A stretch of 64,000 bases of DNA from Auanema rhodensis (lineage: Eukaryota > Animalia > Nematoda): assembly GCA_964057225.1 (NCBI GenBank), contig OZ059894.1, forward strand, positions 7,998,001 through 8,062,000, given 5' to 3'. A model generated the notes under the pieces. It was given only the letters and a program-made list of their open reading frames with translations, searched no databases and was not told where the DNA came from. This document shows, piece after piece, positions 51,343 through 64,000 of this stretch (positions are counted from its first letter, which is position 1; every line of letters begins with the position of its first letter). A program made the translations under genes and the position numbers.

Positions 51343-53129
51343 ATGCTGCCCGACGGAGGCGTGGGTTCATCTGCACCTGCCTGCTGGTATAATTCAGGTT
51401 GATTTTGTACAAAAATTGAAACTTCATCTGCTAAGGTTACAGTTGTTGAAGAGTCTTCACCTTCTGAACTTTTGAGCGAAGTTTTATCTGTAGAACAAGT
51501 TTCTGCTGCTCCTACAAGGAGTCCTAGTGTTATTGAAGATCAAGAAAACAGAGAAGATCACATTGCTCATATTGAGAAGTTAGCTCAGCCAAAGAAATCG
51601 TGTCTCACCGGTTCGAAGAAATCATTGCCGGTTTTAAATGTTTTTTTTCTTATTAAAGATAAGCCCTTTCCCGCTCGATTATATCAAAAAAAGAAAGTTG
51701 TGGCATTTGGACGAACAGTTAATTATTCTCAAACAGTCGAGGTTCGAATTAATGTAAACTGTAACATATCGTGCTTTTTCAGGGTACATCTCGAAGAGAT
51801 CATATTGTAAATAAAGTTCACCCACCTATGAATCGTACAGTGGAAAACAAAGAAAACAAGCCACCGCCCGGAGTACCTAAAGTAATGGCAAAGGAAATAT
51901 CAAAGAGAAAAGTAGGGATTTTCTTTATATTGTGATTTATTGTGATCAATATATCAGTCCATGGAACCTGCTGAAAAAACTACAGAACATGAAGGTATCA
52001 CTGACATTGGCTCTGTTAAAGAACTTCTACAAAAAAATGAAGAAAAAAACGAGGCATTGTTTGCTCAAGTATTTAAAAAGCTTGAAGGTAAAGGGGTGAC
52101 ATGGTATAAGATTATGTGTTTATTTTCTAGAGCTAACAATGGTTCAGCGTCAAGAACCTCCGAAACAAGATGATTTTATACGTAGACCTCTTGCTGAAAA
52201 GAAACCCGAAGCATTATATAGAACAGAGCGTGCTCGAATTCTCGATTCCATCGAACGTCACCTTGAATGTGATCCAACATTCATAAATGAGCTGGTTTCG
52301 TTTTGTAAAACTATGGAGAATAGAGTACTACAAGATTGTGGTTTTTTAATATAACTATTACATATTTTAGGTCGGATTTGTTTCCCCCACTCCAACTGAT
52401 GATTTTGTTCGACCTGCTCATCGTCCAACGGTGAGTAGAAGTGCGGTGGCGACTACACGGGAGAGAAATGAAGTTACTAGACAAGATCGAAGGTGTGTAG
52501 CAAAGTCTTCGTAATATTCAGTTTTACTCTTAGTGGAGCTTTTGTCACGGAAAGAATGACCGTTGAGCGTAGTTTTATGTCACCTGGCGGAGAACCATTT
52601 TCAGTGGATTCCAGAAAGTTTTTGGGAAATCGAGGACTTATTAAAGGAGGTATCTCGGTAGCTACGCTGTTCCTATATGTTAGTTTTGTTTAAGCCTCTG
52701 ATCGAAATTTAATGTCTCCACCACAAAGCAGAGGAGTTCAAAACCCTCCACAATCTTATTATCAACCAGGTTATAGTGTTGCTTATGTACCGCAGCGTAG
52801 CTTGGCTGAATCTTCTGATGATGAGTATGTGTATTTTGTCTTACCTTAAACATATTATTGTAATTTTTTTTAGAAACTGTGGGACTGTTCTTCAATTGAC
52901 AGATGCGCAATACGAAAAGCAATGCGCAGCACGAGAAGCTAAATTGCGAAGTGCCCCCTTTATTACTGAAGTTGAAGATCAAATTGGTCAGTAGGTTTTC
53001 AGAGTTGTGCCTTATATTCTTAATTTATTAGATCTTCGAAATGCTACCCCAGATGAAAGGAAGAGACGTGAAGTTCAGCGCCAATTAGAGGAAAAACGAC
53101 GTCGTCGTGACGAAATGTTAAAGAAATAA
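51343..53129 (+). CDS. sas-5: Probable centriole assembly protein SAS-5
   Basis: VAFGRTVNYSQTVEGTSR matches my recollection of the conserved Caenorhabditis SAS-5 motif; central coiled coil; basic tail ATPDERKRREVQRQLEEKRRRR. Confidence 0.65.
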
Positions 53130-56100
53130 CAATCGGTAGATGTTTTAGATTCTCTTACTATTCATAATATAAAACTTACTCTGATACCTTGCTTGTACCA
53201 ATTTTAATCTAATTTCATATTACTAGTATGTATATACTTGCGATCTACTCAATAAACATGAAAAATGTTAATTTTGAATGATCCTAACAGGATTCCCAGC
53301 CAATGTTAAAATATGATTGAATTGAAATTTTATATTGAATGTTAAGTTAACCGAGCGATATTGAAGGGCTGCAAAGTATTACAGTAAACGATAGCATATA
53401 CGGATGTTAAACATGGCTCCATGTGAACTGCTAATCACAGTTGAACAGTGCGTTTCTGTAGACTGGTGAGTCAAGGTTTGAAGTATTAGTAACTGAAAGA
53501 GTAGACTTTGTACAGAGAAAACGAAGTAAAACAGAAGTATTCGTAACAGTATAGAAAGAATTGTCGTGAACTGGGAACATCTCATATACTGTTAACGTCT
53601 GTTCATTCGGCTAATCCAGAACGGTGGGTGATTGGATGAGAGGGTTGGTGACGAAGTTTGGATGAGATAGTGATAAAGAAAAGCTGAGAAGATAAGAGAA
53701 GTAGAAATACAGAAAAGCTTCAAGTGAGAGAGAGAGACAAAAAGGAAAGAAAGTGGTGGATACGACTGTTTGCAGTAGTTGTCTGTCTACTCATTATTCT
53801 CCCCATTTTTGCGTTGATTGATGCTCCAACCTGTCAACTAATTCTTGAGTGCCTAACAAGGTCATAAGTACAATATGCAGGATTTCAAAAATAAAGTAAG
53901 TAAATTCCATTTTATTATTTTTCCATGTTTCACCAAAATTTACCAAAGATTCTCAACAATACATAGTTTTTGAATGTTCGTTAAAAATAGTTTTGATCCA
54001 GTTCTTATAATTTGAAAATTTTTGAGAGTGTTTTTTGAATTGAAAATGATTCCAAGCACTTTTTGTTCGTATCATATCAGCCCTATTCGCTTCTTCAGCT
54101 TTAGCTTTTCGATCAATTCGTACTTTAAACCTTTTTTTCTTGTAAAGCCGTTAGTAGTTGTCTTTTGCTTGTTCAAAGCTATTCTCACAATGTACACATA
54201 ATATAACTGTATAGAAAACTAAAAGTTTGAAATTATTATTTTCTTATTTTCAATTTTTCCTTTTTTGGTTTTTTTCATGAAGTTGATTTTCTTAACGAAA
54301 ACGTTTCATCAACCGCTTGTTAATAATGGAGACGAATCAAGTTTTAATCATGCTCTCAAACATATCTAACTACATGTGTATGGTAATCATTTTAAGGTCA
54401 ATAGTTAACTGATTCATAGATTGTCTGATCTGATCATCTAGCTGCTTGAGCATTGTTTGCTGCCGTGCTTGACATGTTCAATATTGCGATCCTATCCTAC
54501 AAGTTTCACATAGAGTATTTCATCAAATTCATCAAATTCATCATTTTCTTGCTCTTTTGAAAAAAAAAAGTTCATCAGATCAATTCGTTTCACTGGTGTT
54601 TTTCCTCAAATAATCGATTTTGAAACCGAAATCGGCTTTCGTTAAAAGAAATGTCTTCATCATTGTCTTCGATCATCATGAGCCCTTTGAGCGCAAACAA
54701 ATGGCCTCTTGTGGCCAGCAGCTTCACATTTCAACAAAGCATATCTTGAATTTACAAAAATTTTGTTTTGTTATTGGTAAAACAGGAGACATTTTTTCTT
54801 TTTTTCTATTCTTTTCTTTCATGCAGAGCTAAATTTCCGAGTGCTCGAAGATTTGACATTGCTCGAACTCTCCATATGAATTCTAGTCTTTATCTATTTT
54901 CTCTTCAACGAAGTTTTCAACAGATTATTCCTTCTCCATTTCTAATGTACTGAAACATCTCTTGCAGTTCTGCAACTTGGCAGAGATTCAATTGTTTCAT
55001 TCGGAAAACGTCACGGCTGGAAATTTCTAATGTACTCGATTCTAGTTCTGTATTTTTCCATGCTTTTAGTTTATGCCACTTGACGCATAGTTTTCTTCTT
55101 GAAAACATAACTAATAATTCTCGAGAAGCTTATTTCTCATCATATCGTCGTACTTTCGCTCACGTTTCCGGCATTCCTTAGTTTGTTCTCGACGTCAGAA
55201 AAGGAAAAGTCTGGACAGTTTGATCTGTTGGTCATACGTCAGGCCACTATCCTTCTGCGGTTTGGCGACTCCTGTGTTGTCTTAAGACATCATGTAATCG
55301 TCTGCGAGCCGACGCATCCAGAATCATCAGTCGGCGTGTTTGTATTCATGCTTGAGCAAATGACGGTCTCGTCCTTCATTTCTTTTCTTGTTCCCAAATA
55401 GCTTGTCTTTCTCACCAAGTTAACATGGACAACACGGAAAAGACAGGAAAAGTGCTTGTTGCTTCGCTATTATCACGCCGTCGGCAAAGACCATCAGAAC
55501 TACGAGCACAAAGATAATGCCCCTCGCTGACAACAAAGACCATTGACGTCTTTGTTGCCGGCCTCATTTGAGCAATTTAATAGTTGCTGGAAGCCTAGTT
55601 GTTGTTATTTTCAACAAGTGACAACTCCTGGCTACTTGTATCTAGTTGAATGTTCAAGTGTTGTGTTCATCCCATTATTGAAACTTTCTGATGCACTTGC
55701 TATATTATGGAATTTCTTCTTCGATTTTCTGAAAATTTTTACTGTTTGCATATAGCTTCTGCTTCTTTGAAGGAGTTTGACCTCAGCTATTTCTGCATCT
55801 GTCTGAATGAGATGAGCGATTAATCCTCATTATCTTATTTGCTTTTTTCATACATTGTCAATAAAAGAACATTTTATTTGAAACTTTTTTTGATGAAAAA
55901 TGCAACGTTGATCTGACCAATATCATAATATATTCTTTTGAGGACATGTCATGTGGGCTATTCGTTGCCGAAGTTCGTGGATCACGTAGTTGTGCGGTTT
56001 GCAAACGAGACATCAGGTTAATTCATTTTATTTATTCATCTTTATCAAATGTTTGTTTTATATTTTTTCTGCTTTTAGAGAGCATGATCCTCGTGCCCTT

Positions 56101-57214
56101 TACGTTGAACCTAGACGAATCTTTCCAGAATTACCACCTCTTGCCACATTGCCAACGTAAGTTATTATCATCTTAGACCTAACAGGTTATATTTAAATGA
56201 AAAAAAGTTTTTATTATTAAAATATAGAATTAGTAGTATATTGAGAGAAAGTGTTGGAATCTTGGACATTGAAATAATCGCGTACTGACGTAGTCAGTCA
56301 AGTTTCTTGTGCTTGTATTCAACTATTTTGGGTTTTAATACGTTTTGTACTAAATTTTACTTATTTCATCCTAATGCGTCACTAAAATTTGGATAATCCT
56401 TTTTTTAGTTTTTTATATTATACGCTATCGCTTTGTTAAAGTCCATCGAGAAGTTGTGAGATTTCCTGTTTTTTGTGTATACTGAAGATTATGCTCGTTT
56501 TCCAATTTTGGTTGCCCAATTGGCATTCTGGCTTTGCCTAAGTTCTAACCGGAAGTATGCGACTATTGTTCAACCGTATTATTGCCAAATTTCTAACGAA
56601 TGTTTGCCTATCGTTTCCATCTCGCTTATGACTTTCTCATTTCTACTTCTTCGTCGCTGATTTATAGCTGAGCCAAGAAAAAAAAGAAACAACAGTGAAT
56701 TTTTCGTTTGTAAGTTTTTTTTATTTTCTTCTTTCTTTCACCAACAAACTTTCACGTTATTACCCAATATTATTATAAAAAAATACTGTTTGATTGACTG
56801 AAGCTTACTTTATAACAATTCCCCGAATGATTGCTCGTTCTCTTAATTTTTTAAACCCTAAACGATAATAAGAAAGAAATTCATAGGTTACGGAAAATTG
56901 AAAAATTGTTTGATTTGCCCTCAGATATACGTACATATCTCAATATATTTGAAAGTGAACCTGTGTGTGCCAAGCTGACACAACTGCCACGCAGGGAACT
57001 GTCCAACTGTCTGTCGATTCTTCAAGTCGCTTTGACAGCTTGTAGTCTGAGAAGATTGTCACATAAGAAGTCGCTAGTAATCTAATCTTCTTTTTCCTAA
57101 CAATTATTCTATAATTCTTCTAAAATTCTTTCAACTTATTGCTTCGTTCTAAATTCTTTATTCTTAAAATGCTGTTTTAACCTTTTCAATAATAATTGTT
57201 TCCTAATATAACAA

Positions 57215-57287
57215 GCCCGCGTGGCCTAATGGATAAGGCGTCTGACTTCTAATCAGAAGATTGTCGGTTCGATCCCGGCCGTGGGCT
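57215..57287 (+). tRNA. tRNA-Arg(UCU), intronless
   Basis: Full cloverleaf: GCCCGCG/CGTGGGC acceptor stem, TGGCCTAATGG A-box, TCTGA-CT-TCT-AA-TCAGA anticodon arm, GTCGG-TTCGATC-CCGGC T-arm, TTTT shortly downstream. Confidence 0.96.
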
Positions 57288-59143
57288 TCTAGTTTTCCTT
57301 TTCTTACTTCACGTTCAAGCTTGTTCATAATAAGTTTCTAGTTGTTTTCTTCTCGTTTTTCTCGTTTGAATGTTTCACATTGAAAAATTCTCTCAATATT
57401 TTTGCTTTGCGCGAAGATTCATTGAATTTTATTTGCATTTGCTCGTTCTATTTCAATAGAGTATATATCTGAACGTTTCTTCGTATGATTTCTAGTTGAA
57501 ATAAGGATAGTAACTAATAAATATATTTATTAGAACAACTTTCTAATTTATAAATATGAAAGTTTATTTTAACAAGTTATCTATTTACTATTCTTTCTTT
57601 TTTTTGTTTCCCTTGCTTCGACATGGGATAAGGTTTTCTATAATGTGTGTAAGAATTCACTAAGCTGATATTCTTGTTGTTCATTGCAATTACCTGATCA
57701 AGATGTGAAATTATGAACAAATCACGTGAAGTACATCACTTGAGAATATGGATTAGATCAGCACATATGTTTGAAGATGACAGCTTTTCTCAATAGTCCG
57801 TTGCTAACAGCTTTTTTTCAATAACGGATGTCCCAGATTTGTATGAGATTTCTCGTCCTTTATAGTATTATTTACTTAACATCAACTTCATTTTTTTTGT
57901 CAATATGAAGTACTTTTCTAAGATTTTCCTCAGAATGTCCTTATCAAAAACTACCTCTTCAAGTTATTCCATATTTGTTATTTCAAATTATGGAGTGATG
58001 TTGTTGAATGGTTGAATGTTTAAAGGTATTGTAATGTACTAAATATCGAGATTCAACCAAGGCTTTTCTTCACCTGATGTACTCTTTGTTCTTTATCTCT
58101 AAATTTATTTTTATTTGATGTGTCCATTCATCTATTCTCATCAAATTGAAGTTCATATTTATTGTTCTCACAGTGCAAGCTCTTGAACTAATTTATTATT
58201 TTTATTTAAAGTTTGAATTTCGCTTTTGTGATACTAAGGCCCTTCTTTGAAAAACTTTTTTTTTTAATTTAAAGAAAAAATGCTTTCAATCTTGATATCA
58301 TCTTGTGATAGTCCATCGCCATCAAGAGCTATAGAAAGGTAATTGTAATATTGCATGATGTGTGCTGTTGTAATATGCTAATTATAATTTTGTTGGGCAG
58401 CATGTGAAAAAAGACAATTTGAGCCATTTTAACCTGACGTTTAGCACAGAGTGGTTGTATTTTGTACCTTAATAATATTTATTATTTCTATTTATAATTC
58501 AGTTATATTGACTTTTCTTATTATAATTACAATTATTTAATTATACTGAGAAGTCTTGAAAGTGTCTTCACACAATATTGAATGATGCCAACTGCATAGC
58601 TATTTAGCTAGAAGATAATCTCACATTTCGCGAGCGCTAACACGAGTCTCCTGCTTCTTGTGACGTCCGAAATTTGCTGAAATATTTTAACACCGGAATT
58701 CATACAATGAGCAAGTTTCAGGGCATCAAGTTGAAAATTTTCAGACTGAAAACCATGACAAAATGCCAAGATATTAGTTGAAAATGAAGTCTGATGTACA
58801 TATAGATAGAAGAGATTGCCTACGGCTTTACGTAGTATGCAGAAAAAAGTATTGAGAAAAAATTAAAAAACAACCTAAACGTATTCCAAAACTCAAAAAA
58901 GTAAGACATATTTGTGAACCAATACTCAGACAAGATTTGGCTATTTGAAACACAAAGCTTGTCATATTTGAACATATGATTATAAGCCATGAATATGTTT
59001 TTTTTTCTTTTGTAAATCTTAGAGCGATGCATGAGAAACATCTTTTTTTCCATCTAAAAGACTTTCCAGTATATTCTAAAAAATTTTTGTTTGTTTATTT
59101 ACACAATACAGGAAATTATTAATCGTTTTTTTCCATTTACAGT

Positions 59144-62100
59144 ATGAGCTCATTGGCCACATCGGAAAATTCCGCTTTTACCCCATACGCTCGACCAATA
59201 GGCAATAACTCCATACGTAAGTTTACTATTAGGTCTATATAATTTGTTATTCAACGCTTATATCAATAATCTTCTAATTGCTATGAGCAAAGTTTGTAGT
59301 AAACAGACTCAATACATGTTGCTTATGCTTGTTGAACTTTCCAGCTTGTTCTAGCATCTCATGAGTATCTCACTGCAAAATATTTCATTCGCATTAATCT
59401 TCTTCACTTCACTCTCCTTCATTTCATTCCACTCTCATTCAATTATTTGTTTTCTATTATCTTCAGCAAAGTCCTCCAGCTCCTCAGTTGCCACGGCAGC
59501 AGCAACTTCTGGATCATCGTCAGTCGTCTCGTCGTGCCAAGTTCCACCACCGCTAATCAGGCCGACGCCTCGTCTTGCCGTTCCTCATCAGACTACAACT
59601 AGCCCCTTCGCCACTAGCCATCCTCTTCCACAGCAGGTAATTTTTACGAATTTTCAAGATAAAATCAAGCATATTTTAATATTTACTGTAACAAATAATT
59701 TATTATAAAGCAACCTAAGATACGTGAATTTCTTTGTTTCAGGAAGATCGGTCCGATTCTTGTATTTATAAGAAGATTCGTGGCAAACGAAAGGAACGGA
59801 GTTGTAGTGTTGGCGAACTACGGTAAGATACATAGAAACATCGTATATCATGTATTTTCCGCTGCTGTTCTACAAGATTCTTAAATGAACAGCTTTCATT
59901 TGCATCACCACTTCAGCCGTTTTTCTCCGATTTTTATACTGACTATCTTATTGAATTCATTCTTATCATCGAAAATTCTGTAATTTCGGAGTTCTTGAGC
60001 CGAAAAAAATGTTGCTGCGGCCAATGGCTAATGCGGATGATTGTGCTCAAGGATTGGATAAACCAATAGATGCGCACTTCCCCCAACAGTCCGAGCAGGC
60101 TAGACACTATCTCAATATCTTTTTTTTTCAACTGATTTTTACACAAGTTCATTGGCATATACAAAGGCATCTGTGATATTTCAACGTTATGCTAGTTTGA
60201 TTCTTAAAGATATTCTATTTTGAATATCTTAAACGACTGACTGACTACTAACATTGAAATGTATATGAAAGTGTATATTGGTTTGAAAAAACAAGACAAG
60301 ATCTAAGATTAGAAAGCCACATACCTAGCATAGTAAAATAGATTATTAGAGATGAACAGCTATGCGATGACATGGTAATGCTAAGTGATAAAACATATGA
60401 TGTTGAGACATATTCGAAGGTACTTGATGCCTTCTGATGTCTCGAACAGACATTGAAAACCGTCGTTGACATACAGAAATGATGATAATTGTTATCATAA
60501 TGATGGCAAGAACACATTCTTACGCCTACGCTAAATCAATCTTTTTGTTATTTTCTGGATATGTTTCGACATCGTTAACATCTCTTTCTCTAGCCTTTAG
60601 TCCTCATTGCAGTACAAAGATCTATATTTGCAAGCTGCAGGTTGAGCTTTTGCACGCCACCAAAATGCTTCGCAACTAAAGCGGATCTGAATGACTTTTA
60701 CCAGTGTCTTATTTATATTTGAAAGAACATCTTAAACACCTTTCCATGTTCTTCTATGCGATAACCTCTCTAATTCTCTTTACAATTCATTGAACCTCTT
60801 CCATTGTTGGTCTCCGATGCTTCATGTTCTGCGACCTCCTCAGCGTCTATTATCCTTCATCTGGCTTATCCACTTCTTTACCATTCCAACGTTATCCAGT
60901 GTTTCTCTCAACCATCTTGCTCGGCTGCCATCTATCTTGTTCTCTAAACACACATACTGTCATGTAAGTACCTCTGTCTTCCGCCATTAGAAGAACCGTG
61001 CATGAGCAGCTTGTACACCCCTCATGAAGAAGTTTCCCAGCGTTCTCACATCTGCAGCAATTCATAGACAAACGGCAATATGCTTCTTTACCTTTTGTCT
61101 TTTCACGTAAAATTTAAGTCGTCCCGTCAAAGACTTTCAAATACATTGTTAACTTCTTAATTCGTATAATTCTAGTCCTTTTTTTATAAAACAGATTAAA
61201 TTCTAATGTTTGTGTTAATATTTTTGATGTCAACAATACTTGTTTTGAAAAAAAAATGTAAAAACATAAATTTTCTAACATTAATGAAACATACTGAATC
61301 TATTTTTATAGTTGTTGAGCTTTCTAAATATGAATATCATAATTCAGCTTTGATGTCTTTACGTTCTTTTCTATTTATTCAACAACTTGTTCGATGAACT
61401 TTTGGTTATCCTCTATTCTTATTGAGAACTATTATCTAAGATACTTGAAATCTTTTTTCTTATCAAACGTTTGGCCAATAACTAATGTTCTTGCTTCCTT
61501 CATAACAAATAGTCTTCTTTGACTTGCTCTAATCGACATCCTCTTCTCTCTATATGTCTTTCTTTCGTTTTTCATCTACATACATGTTCTTTGCTCATCT
61601 TAGCTGCCTAAGTCTCTTCTTGAATGATTACTTCAAAATATTTCAACGGACAACCTAAAACATATTCAAAAACTGTTTCATACCAATCAATATATCTATT
61701 ATTTTCAATTATTTTAGATCGCCAAGCCCCCTTGACGTGGACGACGACCAAGTACGTACATCTTGTCGTGCTTCACCTATTCCAACACAGCGATCGAACG
61801 ATTTCAAGAAAATTCTTCAACGATTTCAGGTATATTTTTGAGATTTATTCAAATGCTAATTATTGAAGTTTTCAATATAAGTTTTTCAAAAGCAAAAGTC
61901 AGTTAAAGAGCTGGATGGAAAATTCGTTTCCGAATTTTAGCTTCATTTCTTATTCAGCAAATAAGATTTATGGTGTTATACTTCTCGTTCTATTTAAGTT
62001 TTATGATGATTTTACTGTTTAAAATCAGTTGAAAGATGATAGTAACACTTGAAGAAGAGAAAGTTTACGCAAATACAGATTTTATACTGAATTCTATTCA

Positions 62101-64000
62101 TGTTTTTCAAAGTTATTTTTCTGAAAAAAGGTTGAAATCTTTGTTATGTGGCATTTCAAGAGTATGAGCATCTTCATTTGAATTTCAGTCTGCTGATCAA
62201 AGCGAGCTTCAAACACCCATAACAAATCGTCGCTCAACTATCGAAATATATAGCAATTCCAACAGTATGAGTCCTGCTCATGATGATGTTTGGAGCTCTT
62301 CCAGATGTTCAAGGTACAGCATTGCGATCATTTTTTACTTTAATGAAGCTTACTTTCAAACATTTGGTTTTCAAAAGTATTTCTGACATATGACGTATTT
62401 GCAGAGACGGATGGTCTCCAGTACAAATTGCACCACGTGATGTCTGGAGTCCAGCTCAACGAAGCAGTCAGAACTCCGGCTATAGGTGAGAATTCCGAAG
62501 AGTTTGCTCATTTGCCAAACTTCATTCGCAATAAAGGCTTCCTCTGCTTTTTCTTTCATTTTCTTTTTTTATATAATATTATATATATTTATATAAATAT
62601 ACATAAATAAATCAAAATTTCAGAATTAGTCCGGGGTCTCGGAATACCTCAGCACGTTCCCGGCTAAGCATGTCGTCACTTCAAAGTCCACTCAGCTTTT
62701 TACCCACACGGGAATGCTCACCGAGATCGGTTAGTTTATCTTTTCTATCTATTAGTTATTTTTCGAGGTCTTATGAGAATACACACACGTCACTTTTCCA
62801 TCATTCAGGCTCCAAGTCCTTCACTTGTTCCACTTCGCAACGGAATTACTTCATGTCATGACATACATCATACTGGATCTGCTGAAAGTCATAGTCCTCT
62901 GAGCCATACCGGCTCAACACCTGAACCTCTCCCCATGCCTGAAAATTTAAGGAAACCTCCTCCACCTAATGTTCCAATTCCCAAAAGACGTTCATTACCC
63001 GGACGGTATGATGACTCCCCCAACCTACTATTCCAATCTTATGATTTTAGATGGATCAAGGAAACTGATGTTGATGATCCCTGTTCACTTCCCATGACAC
63101 CACTAAGTTCTCCTTCAATTGCCGCTTATTCTCAGGAAGATGTAACATGATCTTTGTACTGAATTTATATTCTAAGCAATGCATACAGATTGACAGTCGG
63201 AACAGCCATAATATGATGAAGTCGTGCAGTCCTGAAGAAAACCAGCCAATCGGAAAACCAAAGTTAAACGTGAGTTCTCACTTCAACTTATTCTTCTTCT
63301 TCGCTTGAACTTTGGTCTGACGCAGTCGCATTTCACATGTATTCAAACTAGACAAAGTTTAATTTTGTGAAATTTCAGGGTCGTTATTCCGGAAGTTGCC
63401 GACGTGTGTTATCCGGATTAGATAATAATAATCAATCTGGTCCTAACGGTGTTTATGTGAGAAGGTTAGTCTAATACTAATTATTATCATTAGTATTATT
63501 AATTTTAATTTTTTTTCTAATTTTGTGTTCCTTTAATTAGAAGCCGATCCAAAGATGATAGACCTCTTACAACATACAATGCCGTTGCAGCTAAATCCTA
63601 TAGCGGATCAGGTAAGCATTATCAATATTTTAAATAATTATCTTTATTTCTTTCTACTGTATACTAACTTTATGATTTATAGCTAACTCAATTTCTCGTG
63701 GAACTCTTCATAACATTCCTGTTTTTATGTCAGCTGAAAGCGTCAGCAGTCCCCAACGAAGTCCTACTCCTCCTAAAAAGGAAAAGGAATACGATCATTA
63801 TAAGCATTTCCAACAAGTAAATATCATTGTAAGTAATATTTAAAGTTTTTATATTGTTTAGATATCAATCAATCATGTACAAACATTGTCAATGGTTGCT
63901 GATCGTTTAGCAGATGATTTGAGGTAATTCTGAATACTTTTATAGACAAAGAAGTCATAATTCCATTTAAAATTTTAATATTTCTTTAATATCAGATATA
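59144..64000 (+). CDS. 5' portion of an unidentified multi-exon gene with a Ser/Pro-rich disordered N-terminus; runs off the window
   Basis: tttacag directly before ATG (MSSLATSENSAFTPYARP); phase-consistent exons near 59467, 59743, 61719, 62189, 62405, 62624, 63050, 63190, 63379, 63541, 63683 and 63862. No domain recognised. Confidence 0.75.

Noticed and set aside
1-64000. CRISPR arrays, prokaryotic operons, rRNA, telomeric TTAGGC arrays, intact transposase or reverse transcriptase ORFs
   Set aside because: None seen; the window is intron-rich nematode-type DNA.

Overview
AT-rich eukaryotic genomic DNA with many 40-50 nt GT-AG introns and tttcag-type acceptors; gene content (mec-9, pmt-2, glb-1, sas-5-like, i-type lysozymes) points to a rhabditid (clade V-like) nematode. 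The ORF track is mostly exon fragments or noise, so genes were assembled by hand across splice sites and internal exon boundaries are approximate. In order: 3' end of an unknown gene (+); a very divergent, apparently intact Argonaute lacking the slicer residues (-); gamma-glutamyltranspeptidase (-); CYP4-clan P450 (-); globin glb-1 (+); mec-9 (+); pmt-2 (+); M1 aminopeptidase (+) with two related tRNA-headed elements in its introns; enolase-phosphatase E1 (-); two divergent paralogous small proteins (-); a multi-helix GC-rich element; class 3 lipase with a Cys-rich N-terminus (+); two tandem i-type lysozymes (+); cdc-25 (+); sas-5-like (+); tRNA-Arg(UCU); and the 5' part of an unidentified Ser/Pro-rich gene (+). 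Best leads: the slicer-dead RDE-1/ERGO-1-like Argonaute, the lysozyme pair whose introns and flanks are near-identical while the core exon is strongly diverged, the ~260 nt structured element, and the intronic tRNA-headed elements. All homology calls come from recalled family motifs; no database search was run.
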